DNA of 25,345 bases from a virus. Lineage: Duplodnaviria; Caudoviricetes. The notes below the pieces were generated by a model. It was not told the DNA's origin, did no database searches, and worked only from the letters and a program-made list of their open reading frames with translations. Where the stretch lies: positions 1 through 25,345 of IMG/VR virus record IMGVR_UViG_3300010047_000010; one strand, 5' to 3'. The translations under genes and the position numbers were made by a program. Positions 1-8,700 of this stretch are shown piece by piece; position 1 is the stretch's first letter, and each line of letters begins with the position of its first letter.

Positions 1-775
1 GGACGTAGCCAAAGTCCCAGCCCCGGATCACCGGGAGGCCGACGATGGGCTCGAGCTTCGCGACGTGGATCTGCGGGTCGAAGCCGTCGAAGACGGGCGA
101 GCCTTCGGGGAGGAACCCCCACTGCCCGTGGAGGTACTTCTCGCGCCACGCGGGAGGGTACTGCTCGAGTTCGCGCACGTAATCGGGGGGCAGGTGCTCC
201 GCGTTGTCGTACGTGCTGCTGTGGAAGACCTCCTTCCCGGGACGCGCCTGATCCACGAACCAGCGATGGAGAAAATGATCCTCGTCGGGCGGGTTGGTCG
301 CGAGGTACATCCGCCGCGGGCCCCGCTGGCCGCGGAGCCGGGCGATCAGCGCCAAGAACTCGCGCTCCTGGACCTCGATCGCCTCGTCGATGGCGATCCG
401 GTCGAACTCCATCGAGCCCAGCTTTCGGTAGTCATCGAGCACACGAAAGAGCGTGCGCGACCCGTTGTGGAGCTCGACCTCCTCGCGACCCTCCGACTTG
501 TACTCCTTCCGGATCAGCGCACGCGGCACCCAGTCGAAGAAGGTTTGCTTCGTCGTGTCGCGGAGGCTGGGGTAGTAGCGGCGGAAGATCACGCCCGTCG
601 AGCCGGGATGCTCGAGGGCGAGCAGCAGATCCTCGACCACCAGGCTGACCGTCTTTCCCGATCCCGCCGCGCCCAGCAGCAGCTTGTACTTCGCGGGCGA
701 GGCGTGGAACGGGGCCTGGCTCTTGTTCGGCACGTACGGCGCGCCGGTCGGGCCGATGAGTGGGACGGCACTCAT
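1..775 (-). CDS. terL: Terminase large subunit (N-terminal ATPase domain plus start of nuclease domain), truncated at window edge
   Basis: Manually translated minus frame from ATG at 775 (ATGA overlap with the upstream stop), open to the window edge: MSAVPLIGPTGAPYVPNKSQAPFHASPAKYKLLLGAAGSGKT (Q motif and Walker A) ... GVIFRRYYPSLRDT ... RIAIDEAIE (Walker B) ... YLATNPP (coupling motif) ... STYDNAEHLPPDYVRELE ... RGWDFGY (first acidic residue of the RNase H-like nuclease). Not in the supplied ORF track. Confidence 0.96.
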   Translation of the reverse strand, partial: MSAVPLIGPTGAPYVPNKSQAPFHASPAKYKLLLGAAGSGKTVSLVVEDLLLALEHPGSTGVIFRRYYPSLRDTTKQTFFDWVPRALIRKEYKSEGREEVELHNGSRTLFRVLDDYRKLGSMEFDRIAIDEAIEVQEREFLALIARLRGQRGPRRMYLATNPPDEDHFLHRWFVDQARPGKEVFHSSTYDNAEHLPPDYVRELEQYPPAWREKYLHGQWGFLPEGSPVFDGFDPQIHVAKLEPIVGLPVIRGWDFGYV

Positions 776-1125
776 GGCGGGGTCACATCGACCGGCGGGC
801 GGGGGACACCGTGGGAAAGGTTGATTTGCACGGGGGTGCTCGTCCCCTTCTCTGCCGGGATCAGCACGCGGACGAGCGCGCCGAGGACGGCGGCGACGTC
901 GGACGCTTTGCCGGTCGAGAGAATCGAGCGGACGTGGTTCACGACGTCGGGCTCCTGGAGGACGCCCAAGTAGGTCGTGAGGAACGCGGCGCGCTGGTTC
1001 GAGAGCCGCCCGCGTGGATCACGCGGGATCGGTGGCGGTGCGGTCGCGAGTGGCGGGCGACCGCGTGGACGCAGTGGCAGCGGTGTCGGGTTCTTCGGCT
1101 CGTCGCCGTCGCCGTGGCCGTCCAT
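772..1125 (-). CDS. Probable terminase small subunit (117 aa)
   Basis: Directly upstream of and overlapping terL (ATGA). Likely ATG at 1125 preceded by GAGG. AT-hook-like RPRGRP near the N-terminus, helical core, C-terminal VQINLSHGVPRP strand. Call is positional. Confidence 0.65.
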   Translation of the reverse strand: MDGHGDGDEPKNPTPLPLRPRGRPPLATAPPPIPRDPRGRLSNQRAAFLTTYLGVLQEPDVVNHVRSILSTGKASDVAAVLGALVRVLIPAEKGTSTPVQINLSHGVPRPPVDVTPP

Positions 1126-1199
1126 CACCGCCTCAGAGGAAAGGCACTGGGCGGGCTGACGAAGCGCCCGCCCAGGTGCCCGGAACGCGGTCACCACCA

Positions 1200-1374
1200 G
1201 CCTCTGCCCAGTCTGATGGTGCCGCCATCGTGATCACCGCTTGTTCACAGCCGTGCTCTTGAGACACATCCCTGATTTTCCCGTGCCTTGACGGCGCATG
1301 TAGCGTTTGCTACGGGCGTTGTCCACAGTAGATCCACAAGGACGCGCTGCCCCGCGCTCCATGGAGGAGGGGTC
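1200..1374. promoter_or_regulatory. Divergent intergenic control region between terS/terL and the head operon
   Basis: TTGACG at 1288-1293; palindrome GTAGC-GTTT-GCTAC at 1300-1313; TTGTTCACA at 1241-1249 and TTGTCCACA at 1319-1327; strong SD GGAGGAGG before ATG 1375. Confidence 0.5.
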
Positions 1375-2322
1375 ATGGCGCGTCGTGGAGGGTCAGCCGC
1401 CGCCGCTGAAGACAGCGGCAGTAGCGCCGCCGATCTCGCCAGCGAGGTCGAGTCACTGAGCCCATCGGAGTCGCGCTTCAGCGACCCCGTTCGTGATTCA
1501 TCGTCTGAGGAAGCGCCTGGGTCGCCTCCTCCTCAACCGTCCGCGCCGCCGGCAGGACCGGAGCCTGGCGGCGGCGTCGAGACGGTCGCCCCCACTGCCC
1601 CGCCCACCCCCGCGTTCGATCCCCGACAGGAGATCGAGCAACTGCGCCGCGAGCTGGGCATCCAGCAGCAGCGCAGCGGGTTGCTCGAGCGGGAGCTGCA
1701 GTTCCGCGCCGCCGCAGCGATGGAGCAGGCGGCGGCTGCGCAGCCACAGCAGCAGGTCGATCCCGTCCTGCAAGAAGTCTTGGACATCCTGCAGGTGAGC
1801 GAGGACGACCTGATCGAGGTCTTCCAGGGTGGTGCCAAGGGCGCGCAGATCGTTACCCGCGCGCTGCAGGCGACCGCGCTCCTTGCCATCCAGGCAGCGG
1901 AGAAGCGACTCGTCCAGTACTACCAGCGCGATCAGGGCGCGCGGCAGCAGGCGCAGGTCGTGGAGACGCGGGCGGGCCAGATGCACGACGCCTTCTGGAC
2001 GAATTTCCCGGAGCTCTACGATCACGCGGTCATCGTCCAGCACTACGCCGCGCAGGTGGCTGCAGAGCAGGCGCAGGCTCCCCGCTTCGACTGGGAGTCG
2101 GCGCAGCGGGAAGTCGCCGCACGGACGGTGAACCATCTGCGACAGGTCTACGGCCTGAATGTCACGCTGGGCGCAGCCCCGCAGGGGAACGGCTACGCGC
2201 GGCCGACGCTCCAGTCGCGGCTGCGGCCGGCGTTCGGAGAGATGGGGACGGGTGCCGCGCGACCGGGCAATCCGTCCGCGCAGACGCAGCTCACCGCAGA
2301 GATCCTCGATCTGGCGCGATAG
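1375..2322 (+). CDS. Probable capsid scaffolding protein (315 aa)
   Basis: SD GGAGGAGG then ATG at 1375 (ORF track starts at 1288). Acidic/Pro-rich disordered N-terminus, Q/E/A-rich coiled-coil middle, short C-terminal helix; lies immediately upstream of the capsid gene. Confidence 0.7.
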   Translation: MARRGGSAAAAEDSGSSAADLASEVESLSPSESRFSDPVRDSSSEEAPGSPPPQPSAPPAGPEPGGGVETVAPTAPPTPAFDPRQEIEQLRRELGIQQQRSGLLERELQFRAAAAMEQAAAAQPQQQVDPVLQEVLDILQVSEDDLIEVFQGGAKGAQIVTRALQATALLAIQAAEKRLVQYYQRDQGARQQAQVVETRAGQMHDAFWTNFPELYDHAVIVQHYAAQVAAEQAQAPRFDWESAQREVAARTVNHLRQVYGLNVTLGAAPQGNGYARPTLQSRLRPAFGEMGTGAARPGNPSAQTQLTAEILDLAR

Positions 2323-2378
2323 CAAACGACACTTGTTGAGCGGTCGCGCCTGCCCGCGCGTCCGGACGGAGGAGCAAC

Positions 2379-3728
2379 ATGGCCGTTCTGGGCATGCGAG
2401 GCACGGGGACGTTCAGCAGCGTCGAGCGCCCACAAAACTGGCGTCAGGGGATCCTGCTGTACTTCCCGAACGGGGATGCGCCGCTGACGGCGTTCATGTC
2501 GAAGCTGAAGGATCAGCCGACCGACGATCCCCAGTACCACTGGTTCGAGAAGGGACTGCCCATCCAGCGCGGCACCATCCGGGGCGCAGGCGCTGCGGAT
2601 GCGCCCGCCGACGATGCGACCATCGCCGCTGGCGGCACCGCCGATGCGTACTTGAAGATGTACCCGGACGGCGTCAACGCGAACGACGTCTCGATCTACA
2701 AGGTCGGCCACGTCGTCTTCAACGAGAAGACGGAGGAGGCGATGCTGGTGACGGCGGTCACCGCCACCTCGATCCGCGTACGTCGGGACATCGGTGACAA
2801 GTTCGTCACCAACCCCGCGATCACGGGCGGCGCGGTCGGCATCGGGGACGGACTCGTCATCATCGGCACGGGCAACCCCGAAGGCGCGCTGCTGGGCAAT
2901 GCCATCGCCTACAAGCCGGTGCGGCAGTACAACTTCACCCAGATCTTCCGCACGCCGCTGTCGCTCACGCGCACGGCGCGAAAAACACGGCTCCGCTACG
3001 ACGACGAGGGCCCGTACCGGGAGGCCAAGCGCGAGGCGCTCCAGATCCACTCGATCGAGTTGGAGAAGGCGTTCCTCTTCGGAGAGCGCGAGGAGATCAT
3101 CTCGCTCACCTCGGCGTCCGGCCCGCTCGACATCACGTCCCAAGGACAGCCGCTCCGCACTACGCGGGGATTCCTCAACTGGCTCCCGGCGGTGACGACC
3201 ACCGCGATGTCGGTCAACACCGACCTGAGCCAGTTCAACCCCCCCGGATCGCTCACCGAGAAGCTCTGGGATCAGTTCTTGGAGGTCGCCTTCCGCTACG
3301 GCTCACGCGAGAAGCTCGCGTTCGCCGGCAGCGGCGCGCTGCTCGTCTTGAACGAGATGGCGAAGAACAAGGCCCGCATCGAGCTCGCGCCGACCGACGA
3401 CACCTACGGCTTCCACCTGATGCGCTACATCACCCCGTTCGGCACGCTGCTTCTCTACAACCACCCCTTGATGACCGACAACCCCACTTGGCGCTACGAT
3501 CTCTTCGTGATCGATCCGGACAAGCTCGTCTACAGGTTCCTCGACGACACACGGTTCTTGCGGAACCGGCAGTCGCCTGGTGAGGACGCGTCGCGCGACG
3601 AGTTCCTGACGGAGTGCGGGCTCGAGGTCCACTGCACCGGCACCACCCCGGATGCGAACTCGCCGTCGACCGTGCCGCTGCAGAGCGCGCATGCGCGTCT
3701 CAAGGGCATCCGGGAGTACGGAGGCTAA
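2379..3728 (+). CDS. Major capsid protein, SU10/DUF5309-like (HK97 fold)
   Basis: SD GGAGGAG. Motifs PLTAFMSKL, YHWFEK, NFTQIFRTPLSLTRTA, HSIELEKAFLFGER, RTTRGFLNW, YITPFGTLLLYNHPL and DEFLTECGLEV match this capsid family; 449 aa. Confidence 0.9.
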   Translation: MAVLGMRGTGTFSSVERPQNWRQGILLYFPNGDAPLTAFMSKLKDQPTDDPQYHWFEKGLPIQRGTIRGAGAADAPADDATIAAGGTADAYLKMYPDGVNANDVSIYKVGHVVFNEKTEEAMLVTAVTATSIRVRRDIGDKFVTNPAITGGAVGIGDGLVIIGTGNPEGALLGNAIAYKPVRQYNFTQIFRTPLSLTRTARKTRLRYDDEGPYREAKREALQIHSIELEKAFLFGEREEIISLTSASGPLDITSQGQPLRTTRGFLNWLPAVTTTAMSVNTDLSQFNPPGSLTEKLWDQFLEVAFRYGSREKLAFAGSGALLVLNEMAKNKARIELAPTDDTYGFHLMRYITPFGTLLLYNHPLMTDNPTWRYDLFVIDPDKLVYRFLDDTRFLRNRQSPGEDASRDEFLTECGLEVHCTGTTPDANSPSTVPLQSAHARLKGIREYGG

Positions 3729-3732
3729 TCCG

Positions 3733-3966
3733 ATGGCTGCTGGCGATGCCTCGAGCGGGGTCCGCTGGAACAAGCAGACCACGCCCGGCCAGGTGAACAA
3801 GTCGGCAGGCTTCGACGCCTTCCGTCGCGATGTGGCCGACATGCCCGAATCCGACTGGGACGACTTCATGCAGGACGCATCGCCCGCGCCGAAGTCACAG
3901 GCGTCTCGTGCTCCGACCGAGGATGAGCGCAGCCGGGGCTTCGTCCGTGGGCGTGGAGGAGACTGA
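3733..3966 (+). CDS. Hypothetical protein (77 aa), head region
   Basis: ATG at 3733, 4 nt after the capsid stop, preceded by GGAGG; codon style matches neighbours. Confidence 0.6.
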   Translation: MAAGDASSGVRWNKQTTPGQVNKSAGFDAFRRDVADMPESDWDDFMQDASPAPKSQASRAPTEDERSRGFVRGRGGD

Positions 3967-3968
3967 TC

Positions 3969-4157
3969 ATGGCGAAGAGCAAGCACCCTTCGGGTGAGGA
4001 AGAGGAGCATCTCCCACCCGACGACGAGCCCGAAGAGGAGAAGCCGTCCGACGAGCCTGCGGAGGGGACGCGGCGCGAAGGCCCGCCGCCCGCACCACCG
4101 ACTGATGCGCCAATCCCGCCGCAGAATCTCCCGAAGGAGGAGAAGGGAGAGTCCTGA
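3969..4157 (+). CDS. Small acidic Pro/Glu-rich disordered protein (62 aa)
   Basis: SD GGAGGAG; TGATG overlap with the next gene. Confidence 0.6.
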   Translation: MAKSKHPSGEEEEHLPPDDEPEEEKPSDEPAEGTRREGPPPAPPTDAPIPPQNLPKEEKGES

Positions 4158-4516
4158 TGGCACTCGGCGCGAACGCGACCTTCACCGCGACCATCGACCA
4201 GGGTCGACGGATCTTCAACATCAACAACGGCGCGAAGCTCGCGACGCTCGACATGGGCCTGGTGACCGCCGCGAGCGTCATCGTGGCGGGTGCGATCACG
4301 CTCGACTCGACGGACTTCCGGCGCATGGGATTCTCGAAACTGCTCGCCGTCATCCACGCGAGCGCCTGGACATCCGGCGCGGCCTTCGTGCCGCTCAACG
4401 CCATCTGGGACGGCAAGACGAACAAGATCATGGTCTACGATCTCCTGGGTGCGGCCCTGACGGCAGCGGCCATCGGCAATGGTGGCACGCTCCGCATGGT
4501 CATCCTCGGGATGTGA
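4157..4516 (+). CDS. Probable head decoration/cement-type virion protein (119 aa)
   Basis: Small beta-rich protein downstream of the capsid gene (WDGKTNKIMVYD ... TLRMVILG) resembling post-capsid accessory proteins; call is positional. Confidence 0.5.
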   Translation: MALGANATFTATIDQGRRIFNINNGAKLATLDMGLVTAASVIVAGAITLDSTDFRRMGFSKLLAVIHASAWTSGAAFVPLNAIWDGKTNKIMVYDLLGAALTAAAIGNGGTLRMVILGM

Positions 4517-4527
4517 GGAGAACTTCT

Positions 4528-4701
4528 ATGGCACGCAACGTCGGTGACGGCACCGGAACGAACGCGGTTCCCGAAGATCAGGGGCTGACGGCGGGCGAAG
4601 ATGCCATGCCGGAAAACCCCGCGAGCCCATTCGACTCGAATCGGGGGGGACGCGGCCCGGAGGTCCAGCCCGCGCGCGACACGCCTCTCGGGGGAGAGTG
4701 A
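4528..4701 (+). CDS. Small acidic Gly/Pro-rich protein (57 aa)
   Basis: SD GAGGAG then ATG at 4528 (MARNVGDGTGTNAVPEDQG...), corresponding to the end of the 3994..4701 ORF. Confidence 0.6.
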   Translation: MARNVGDGTGTNAVPEDQGLTAGEDAMPENPASPFDSNRGGRGPEVQPARDTPLGGE

Positions 4702-4760
4702 CGCACACGCCGCCCGTCTGACGCCCAGCGGGCGCTGTGGCGGGCGGAAGGCCGCACGCC

Positions 4761-5447
4761 ATGGCGACGCTCAATTCCCTTCGGAACGACCTCCGCACCT
4801 GGACGGCGACGCACGCCAACCCGGCCGTCCTGCCCGATGCGATCTGCGACGAGTGCATCAACGCCGCCATGCGTCTCATGGAAGAGGCGCACCTCTGGCG
4901 GGGTGCCGAGACGACGTCGGTGGCGCTCTCCTACGCCGCGAACACCGAATCCATGTCGCTCCCGGTGGACTTCGTCGCGCAGAAGGCGATCTACCAGCAG
5001 ACCGATACGGGCTCGATCCCGCTGCTCGCCTACATGGAGAAGACGCTGCGGGACGAGTGGATCCGGGTCGAGAAGCCGGTCGAGGGACTCCGCGATCCGG
5101 AGTACCCGCAGGTCGCCCCTCCCGGCGCGCCCATCGGCTGGCCCGTCCAGTATGCGATCTGGCGACAGTCGCTCTATCTCCTGCCGGTGCCGTCCGTCGA
5201 CCTCCAGCTCGTCCTCGACTACTACCGCCAGCAGCTCCCGCTCTCCGCGCCAACGGACACGAACTTCTTCACGGAGCGGTATCCGCACGTGCTGCGCATG
5301 GGCGGGCTCGCGGACGCCTACGCCTATCTGCAGGAAGACGAACGCTCGAGCGTTCACCGCCAGATGTTCGAGAGCATGTTGGCGAGAGTGATCCTCGACG
5401 ACAAGACGACCATGCTCGCGGGGGGCAGCACCTCGCGGGGAGCCTGA
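4761..5447 (+). CDS. Probable head-tail adaptor (T7 gp11 / P22 gp4 position), 228 aa
   Basis: MATLNSLRNDL...INAAMR...LPVDF...GWPVQYAI...LYLLPVP...TNFFTERYPHVL...AYAYL pattern is typical of podovirus adaptor proteins; located between head genes and nozzle. Confidence 0.75.
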   Translation: MATLNSLRNDLRTWTATHANPAVLPDAICDECINAAMRLMEEAHLWRGAETTSVALSYAANTESMSLPVDFVAQKAIYQQTDTGSIPLLAYMEKTLRDEWIRVEKPVEGLRDPEYPQVAPPGAPIGWPVQYAIWRQSLYLLPVPSVDLQLVLDYYRQQLPLSAPTDTNFFTERYPHVLRMGGLADAYAYLQEDERSSVHRQMFESMLARVILDDKTTMLAGGSTSRGA

Positions 5448-5450
5448 TCG

Positions 5451-7181
5451 GTGGCTGGCGAGTGGGTCACCGTACCCACGTTCGGCGGCGGGTTGAACTT
5501 CAACGCGCTCCCGTCAGCCATCGCGGAGAACGAGTGGTCGTGGTGCAACGGCTTCCTGCCTGACGAGCAGGGGGCCATCCCACTCCCGATCTACCAGGAG
5601 CTGATCCCAGCATCGTTCTTCTCGGGGAAGTCGCCGGCGCAGACCGTCTTCGGCATCCTGATGAATCCCTTCAATCCGGCGACGGCGTTGCTCATCCTGA
5701 CGTACGACACCACCGGGGCCGATCCCGCGCCGATCTACTTCTACAAGTCGGACGGGACGACCACGGGGACGACGGAGATCACCTGGGACGGCGTCGGGAG
5801 TCGGCCCACCCGCTACACGGCGCACCAGACCGCCGCCATGAGTGCATTCCTCGACGGCTGGCTCTGCATCACGGTCGGCAGCGGTGACGTCGGCTACTCG
5901 ATCCTCCGCTGGAATGGCGGTGCGACGTATTCGACGTTGATTCCGAAAGATGCGGCGGGGGCGAATCTGCCCACGTTTCGGTGCGCGTACCTCGTCTCCT
6001 TCGGCGGCTTTTTGATTGGCGCTGCGTGGGGCACCTCGCAAGCGGACATTCGCCGGGTCAAGTTCAGCGACTCGAACTCGACGACGGTCTGGACGCCTGC
6101 GATCTCGAATGCCGCCGACGACGTGGTCCTCGATGACTCCGTCTCGGGCATCGTCGGGCTCGGGCTCTTGAACGGGAACGCGCTGGGGATCTTCACCCGC
6201 GCCGCGCTCTACGCCCTCGCACCGACGGGAAACATCCCGCCCTTCACCCGCTCGTACGCGGGCATGTTCCCGGCTGCAGACGGTGGGTCGAAGCAGGGAG
6301 CGTCGACCGCCTTCTACGCGCAGACGACGCCGATGATCGGGGAGACCCCGTACGGCACGGCGCACCTCGCCTACTCGAACGTCTACATGAGCCTCGAGAA
6401 TCCGATCGGTACGAAGATCTGGCGCTTCCTCGCCTACCAGATCGACCCGCCGACGAATCTCCCGCAGACGGTGCCGCGACTGATCTGGCACCACCGGATC
6501 CGGGCGCTCATCGTGCCGACAATTGCGCACCCCTCTCCGAACGACGGGTTCTTCTACTACAATCCGCTGACGGAGGGCTGGGGCTGGCAGCATCTGGAGA
6601 ATCGGACCATCGGGCGTGATCACACGCTGGTGCATATCGGGACCGGCGTCGGCGCTCCCGCATGGACGCACATCGTGGTCGACGTCAACGGCAACGTTCT
6701 GGGCGAGCTGCTGCCGTCCAATCCTCGCCCCGGCATCTACGTCGATAGCAAGGATTTCGCGATGCCGGCGGATCGCTACATCGACGCGATCAAACTCGAT
6801 TGGGAGCCACTCTTTCCCAGCACGATTCTGCAAGTGAGCTGTCTCGCACGCGAGGGCATCAACGACGGGCTCACCGGACAGACCGCCGTCTACGGCACAC
6901 CGGGCTACGAGCAGAACCTGACGAACCTCTTCGCGAACGTGCCCGACTGCCAGCGGTGCCGCCTGTCGCCCGGTGGCAGCGAGAACGCGATCCGGGCACG
7001 TGGGAAGTACATCCGCTTCCGGTTCGAGGTGCTCCAGGGCCTCGCCCGGATTCGCGGCTTCGCCTTCCGCCAAGCGATGGCGAGCGACCGGTTGACGAAT
7101 GCCCGCCTGATCGTCACGCCGTACGCGGCGGGACAGTGGAACGCCATGGCGTGGAACCAGCGGAACTGGAGCGCGATCTGA
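5451..7181 (+). CDS. Probable tail nozzle / DNA stabilisation protein (T7 gp12 / P22 gp10 position)
   Basis: N-terminal FGGGLN...PSAIAENE motif, beta-propeller-like middle (RVKFSD), C-terminal RGKYIRFRF; 576 aa; follows the adaptor. Confidence 0.75.
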   Translation: MAGEWVTVPTFGGGLNFNALPSAIAENEWSWCNGFLPDEQGAIPLPIYQELIPASFFSGKSPAQTVFGILMNPFNPATALLILTYDTTGADPAPIYFYKSDGTTTGTTEITWDGVGSRPTRYTAHQTAAMSAFLDGWLCITVGSGDVGYSILRWNGGATYSTLIPKDAAGANLPTFRCAYLVSFGGFLIGAAWGTSQADIRRVKFSDSNSTTVWTPAISNAADDVVLDDSVSGIVGLGLLNGNALGIFTRAALYALAPTGNIPPFTRSYAGMFPAADGGSKQGASTAFYAQTTPMIGETPYGTAHLAYSNVYMSLENPIGTKIWRFLAYQIDPPTNLPQTVPRLIWHHRIRALIVPTIAHPSPNDGFFYYNPLTEGWGWQHLENRTIGRDHTLVHIGTGVGAPAWTHIVVDVNGNVLGELLPSNPRPGIYVDSKDFAMPADRYIDAIKLDWEPLFPSTILQVSCLAREGINDGLTGQTAVYGTPGYEQNLTNLFANVPDCQRCRLSPGGSENAIRARGKYIRFRFEVLQGLARIRGFAFRQAMASDRLTNARLIVTPYAAGQWNAMAWNQRNWSAI

Positions 7182-7194
7182 GAGGGGAGAGGGA

Positions 7195-8544
7195 ATGGCC
7201 ACCATCCAGCGACCGGTCAAAACGTACGGCACTCGCACCTATGTCGCCGAAGTTGCCGCCGCACCGGGGAATCAGGATCCGATCCTCGCGAATGAGGTGG
7301 ATGGAGACATCGATACCATCTACAGCGCGTGGAACGGCGGCGCGGACACCGTCAACATCAAGGACGGCGCGATCAGCCGGGCGAAGTTGAGCACGACCGA
7401 CGTGACGCCATCGCTGCCTCCGATCCCGATTGCGACCGATGCGAACAAGACGGTCGTGGTGAATGCCGCCGGGAACGGGCTCGTCCTCGGGACGGGCGGC
7501 ACGTTTGCCGGGGCGACGCCGCCCGCGACGCCGCAAGTGGGACAACTCTGGTGGCGCAGCGACCCGGACGGGAACTTGTTCATCTACTACGACGACGGGA
7601 ACTCGAAGCAGTTCGTCCCCGCCGTGCCGTCGTCGGTCGGCCCGTGGAGCGTGTCGGGCGCGACGCTCACGCCGACCGATGCGACGAAGACCGTGGCACT
7701 CGCTCCAGTTACGAACGCACTGCAATGGAGTGCGGGACTGGTGAAAGGTCGCCTCATAGATCAGGCGAGTGGTGATATCCAGTGGCGAGTCAACAGCAAT
7801 GCCGCCGGCACACAGGATGATGCCACAAAATCGTCGTGGCTCTTACGTATGGGGCCAGTGGCCGGGGATACATTCGCTATATATCGAGCGCCAGCAGGAA
7901 CGAGCGTATTTCAAAACTTTCTGAGTCTTGACACCACGGGTAAGTTCAACATTCCCCAGAACCTCGACCCGGCAATTTGGATTGGCGCTGGGGGAAGTAC
8001 GACGAAAGCTGGTCTCAGTTGCTCTGGGGATTGGGTGCAGTTGCACCAGAATAATCCGTGGAACCCAGAGGATGCGAATAAACCGTCGTGGGCACTCCGG
8101 TTGAATTGTGCCGCGGGGGCTGACGTTGCACAGATCATCCGTCGTGCCTCTGGCGCGGCGGCGGGTACAGTGACGGCCTCGTTTCAGATGGACCAAGCTG
8201 GCGGGTTGTATATCACGGGCAGTGTTGGGCAGAAGGCCAGCGGGACGACGTGGTCGAATCCCTCTGACCCGCGCTTGAAGAAGAACATCACGAAGTACGC
8301 ACGCGGCCTCTCCGAGATTCTCCAACTCGAACCGATCAGCTACACGCTCAAGCAGCACGACATCGATACCTGTGGCTTCGACGCGGAGCAGGTGCGCGCG
8401 GTCTTCCCCGAATGCGTGAGCACCACGAAGATGAAGCTTGAGCCTGACGATGAGGAGGAGACGGAGGTACTGACGCTCGACATCCACCCGATCTTGATCG
8501 CGCTAATCAATGCTGTGAAGGAGCTCGCCAATGGCCGCGCTTGA
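7195..8544 (+). CDS. Tail fibre 1 with C-terminal peptidase S74 intramolecular chaperone
   Basis: N-terminal anchor (ILANEVDGDIDTIYSAWNGG..NIKDGAISRAKL); S74 cleavage motif SDPRLKKNI; GFDAEQVRAVFPECV; terminal coiled coil LINAVKEL. Confidence 0.85.
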   Translation: MATIQRPVKTYGTRTYVAEVAAAPGNQDPILANEVDGDIDTIYSAWNGGADTVNIKDGAISRAKLSTTDVTPSLPPIPIATDANKTVVVNAAGNGLVLGTGGTFAGATPPATPQVGQLWWRSDPDGNLFIYYDDGNSKQFVPAVPSSVGPWSVSGATLTPTDATKTVALAPVTNALQWSAGLVKGRLIDQASGDIQWRVNSNAAGTQDDATKSSWLLRMGPVAGDTFAIYRAPAGTSVFQNFLSLDTTGKFNIPQNLDPAIWIGAGGSTTKAGLSCSGDWVQLHQNNPWNPEDANKPSWALRLNCAAGADVAQIIRRASGAAAGTVTASFQMDQAGGLYITGSVGQKASGTTWSNPSDPRLKKNITKYARGLSEILQLEPISYTLKQHDIDTCGFDAEQVRAVFPECVSTTKMKLEPDDEEETEVLTLDIHPILIALINAVKELANGRA

Positions 8545-8700
8545 TTTCCCCAATCCTCCGTTGACCGTGGGCCAGCAGTACGCCGGCACGAACGGTGTCA
8601 TCTATCAGTGGGATGGCACGGTCTGGACGGTGCCGCTGGGCGGGACGGACCCGTGGACGGTGTCGGGCGCGACGCTCACGCCGACCGATGCGACGAAGAC
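7651..8700 (+). repeat. 41-bp perfect direct repeat (7651-7691 and 8660-8700) in the two fibre genes
   Basis: GTGTCGGGCGCGACGCTCACGCCGACCGATGCGACGAAGAC occurs at both sites, each preceded by CCCGTGGA-NN and in the same codon phase. Confidence 0.95.

Noticed and set aside
65-973. 302-aa plus-strand ORF
   Set aside because: Antisense shadow of terL/terS, which carry clear Walker A/B and nuclease motifs on the minus strand.
5514-7238. Long minus-strand ORFs opposite virion genes (e.g. 574 aa here, also 17357..18697 and 19388..20452)
   Set aside because: Arg/Pro-rich shadow frames expected in high-GC coding DNA; no motifs and no RBS.
7641-8700. Invertase-type (Gin/Cin/shufflon) fibre switching
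   Set aside because: The repeats are direct, both genes are on the same strand, and no site-specific recombinase is seen.
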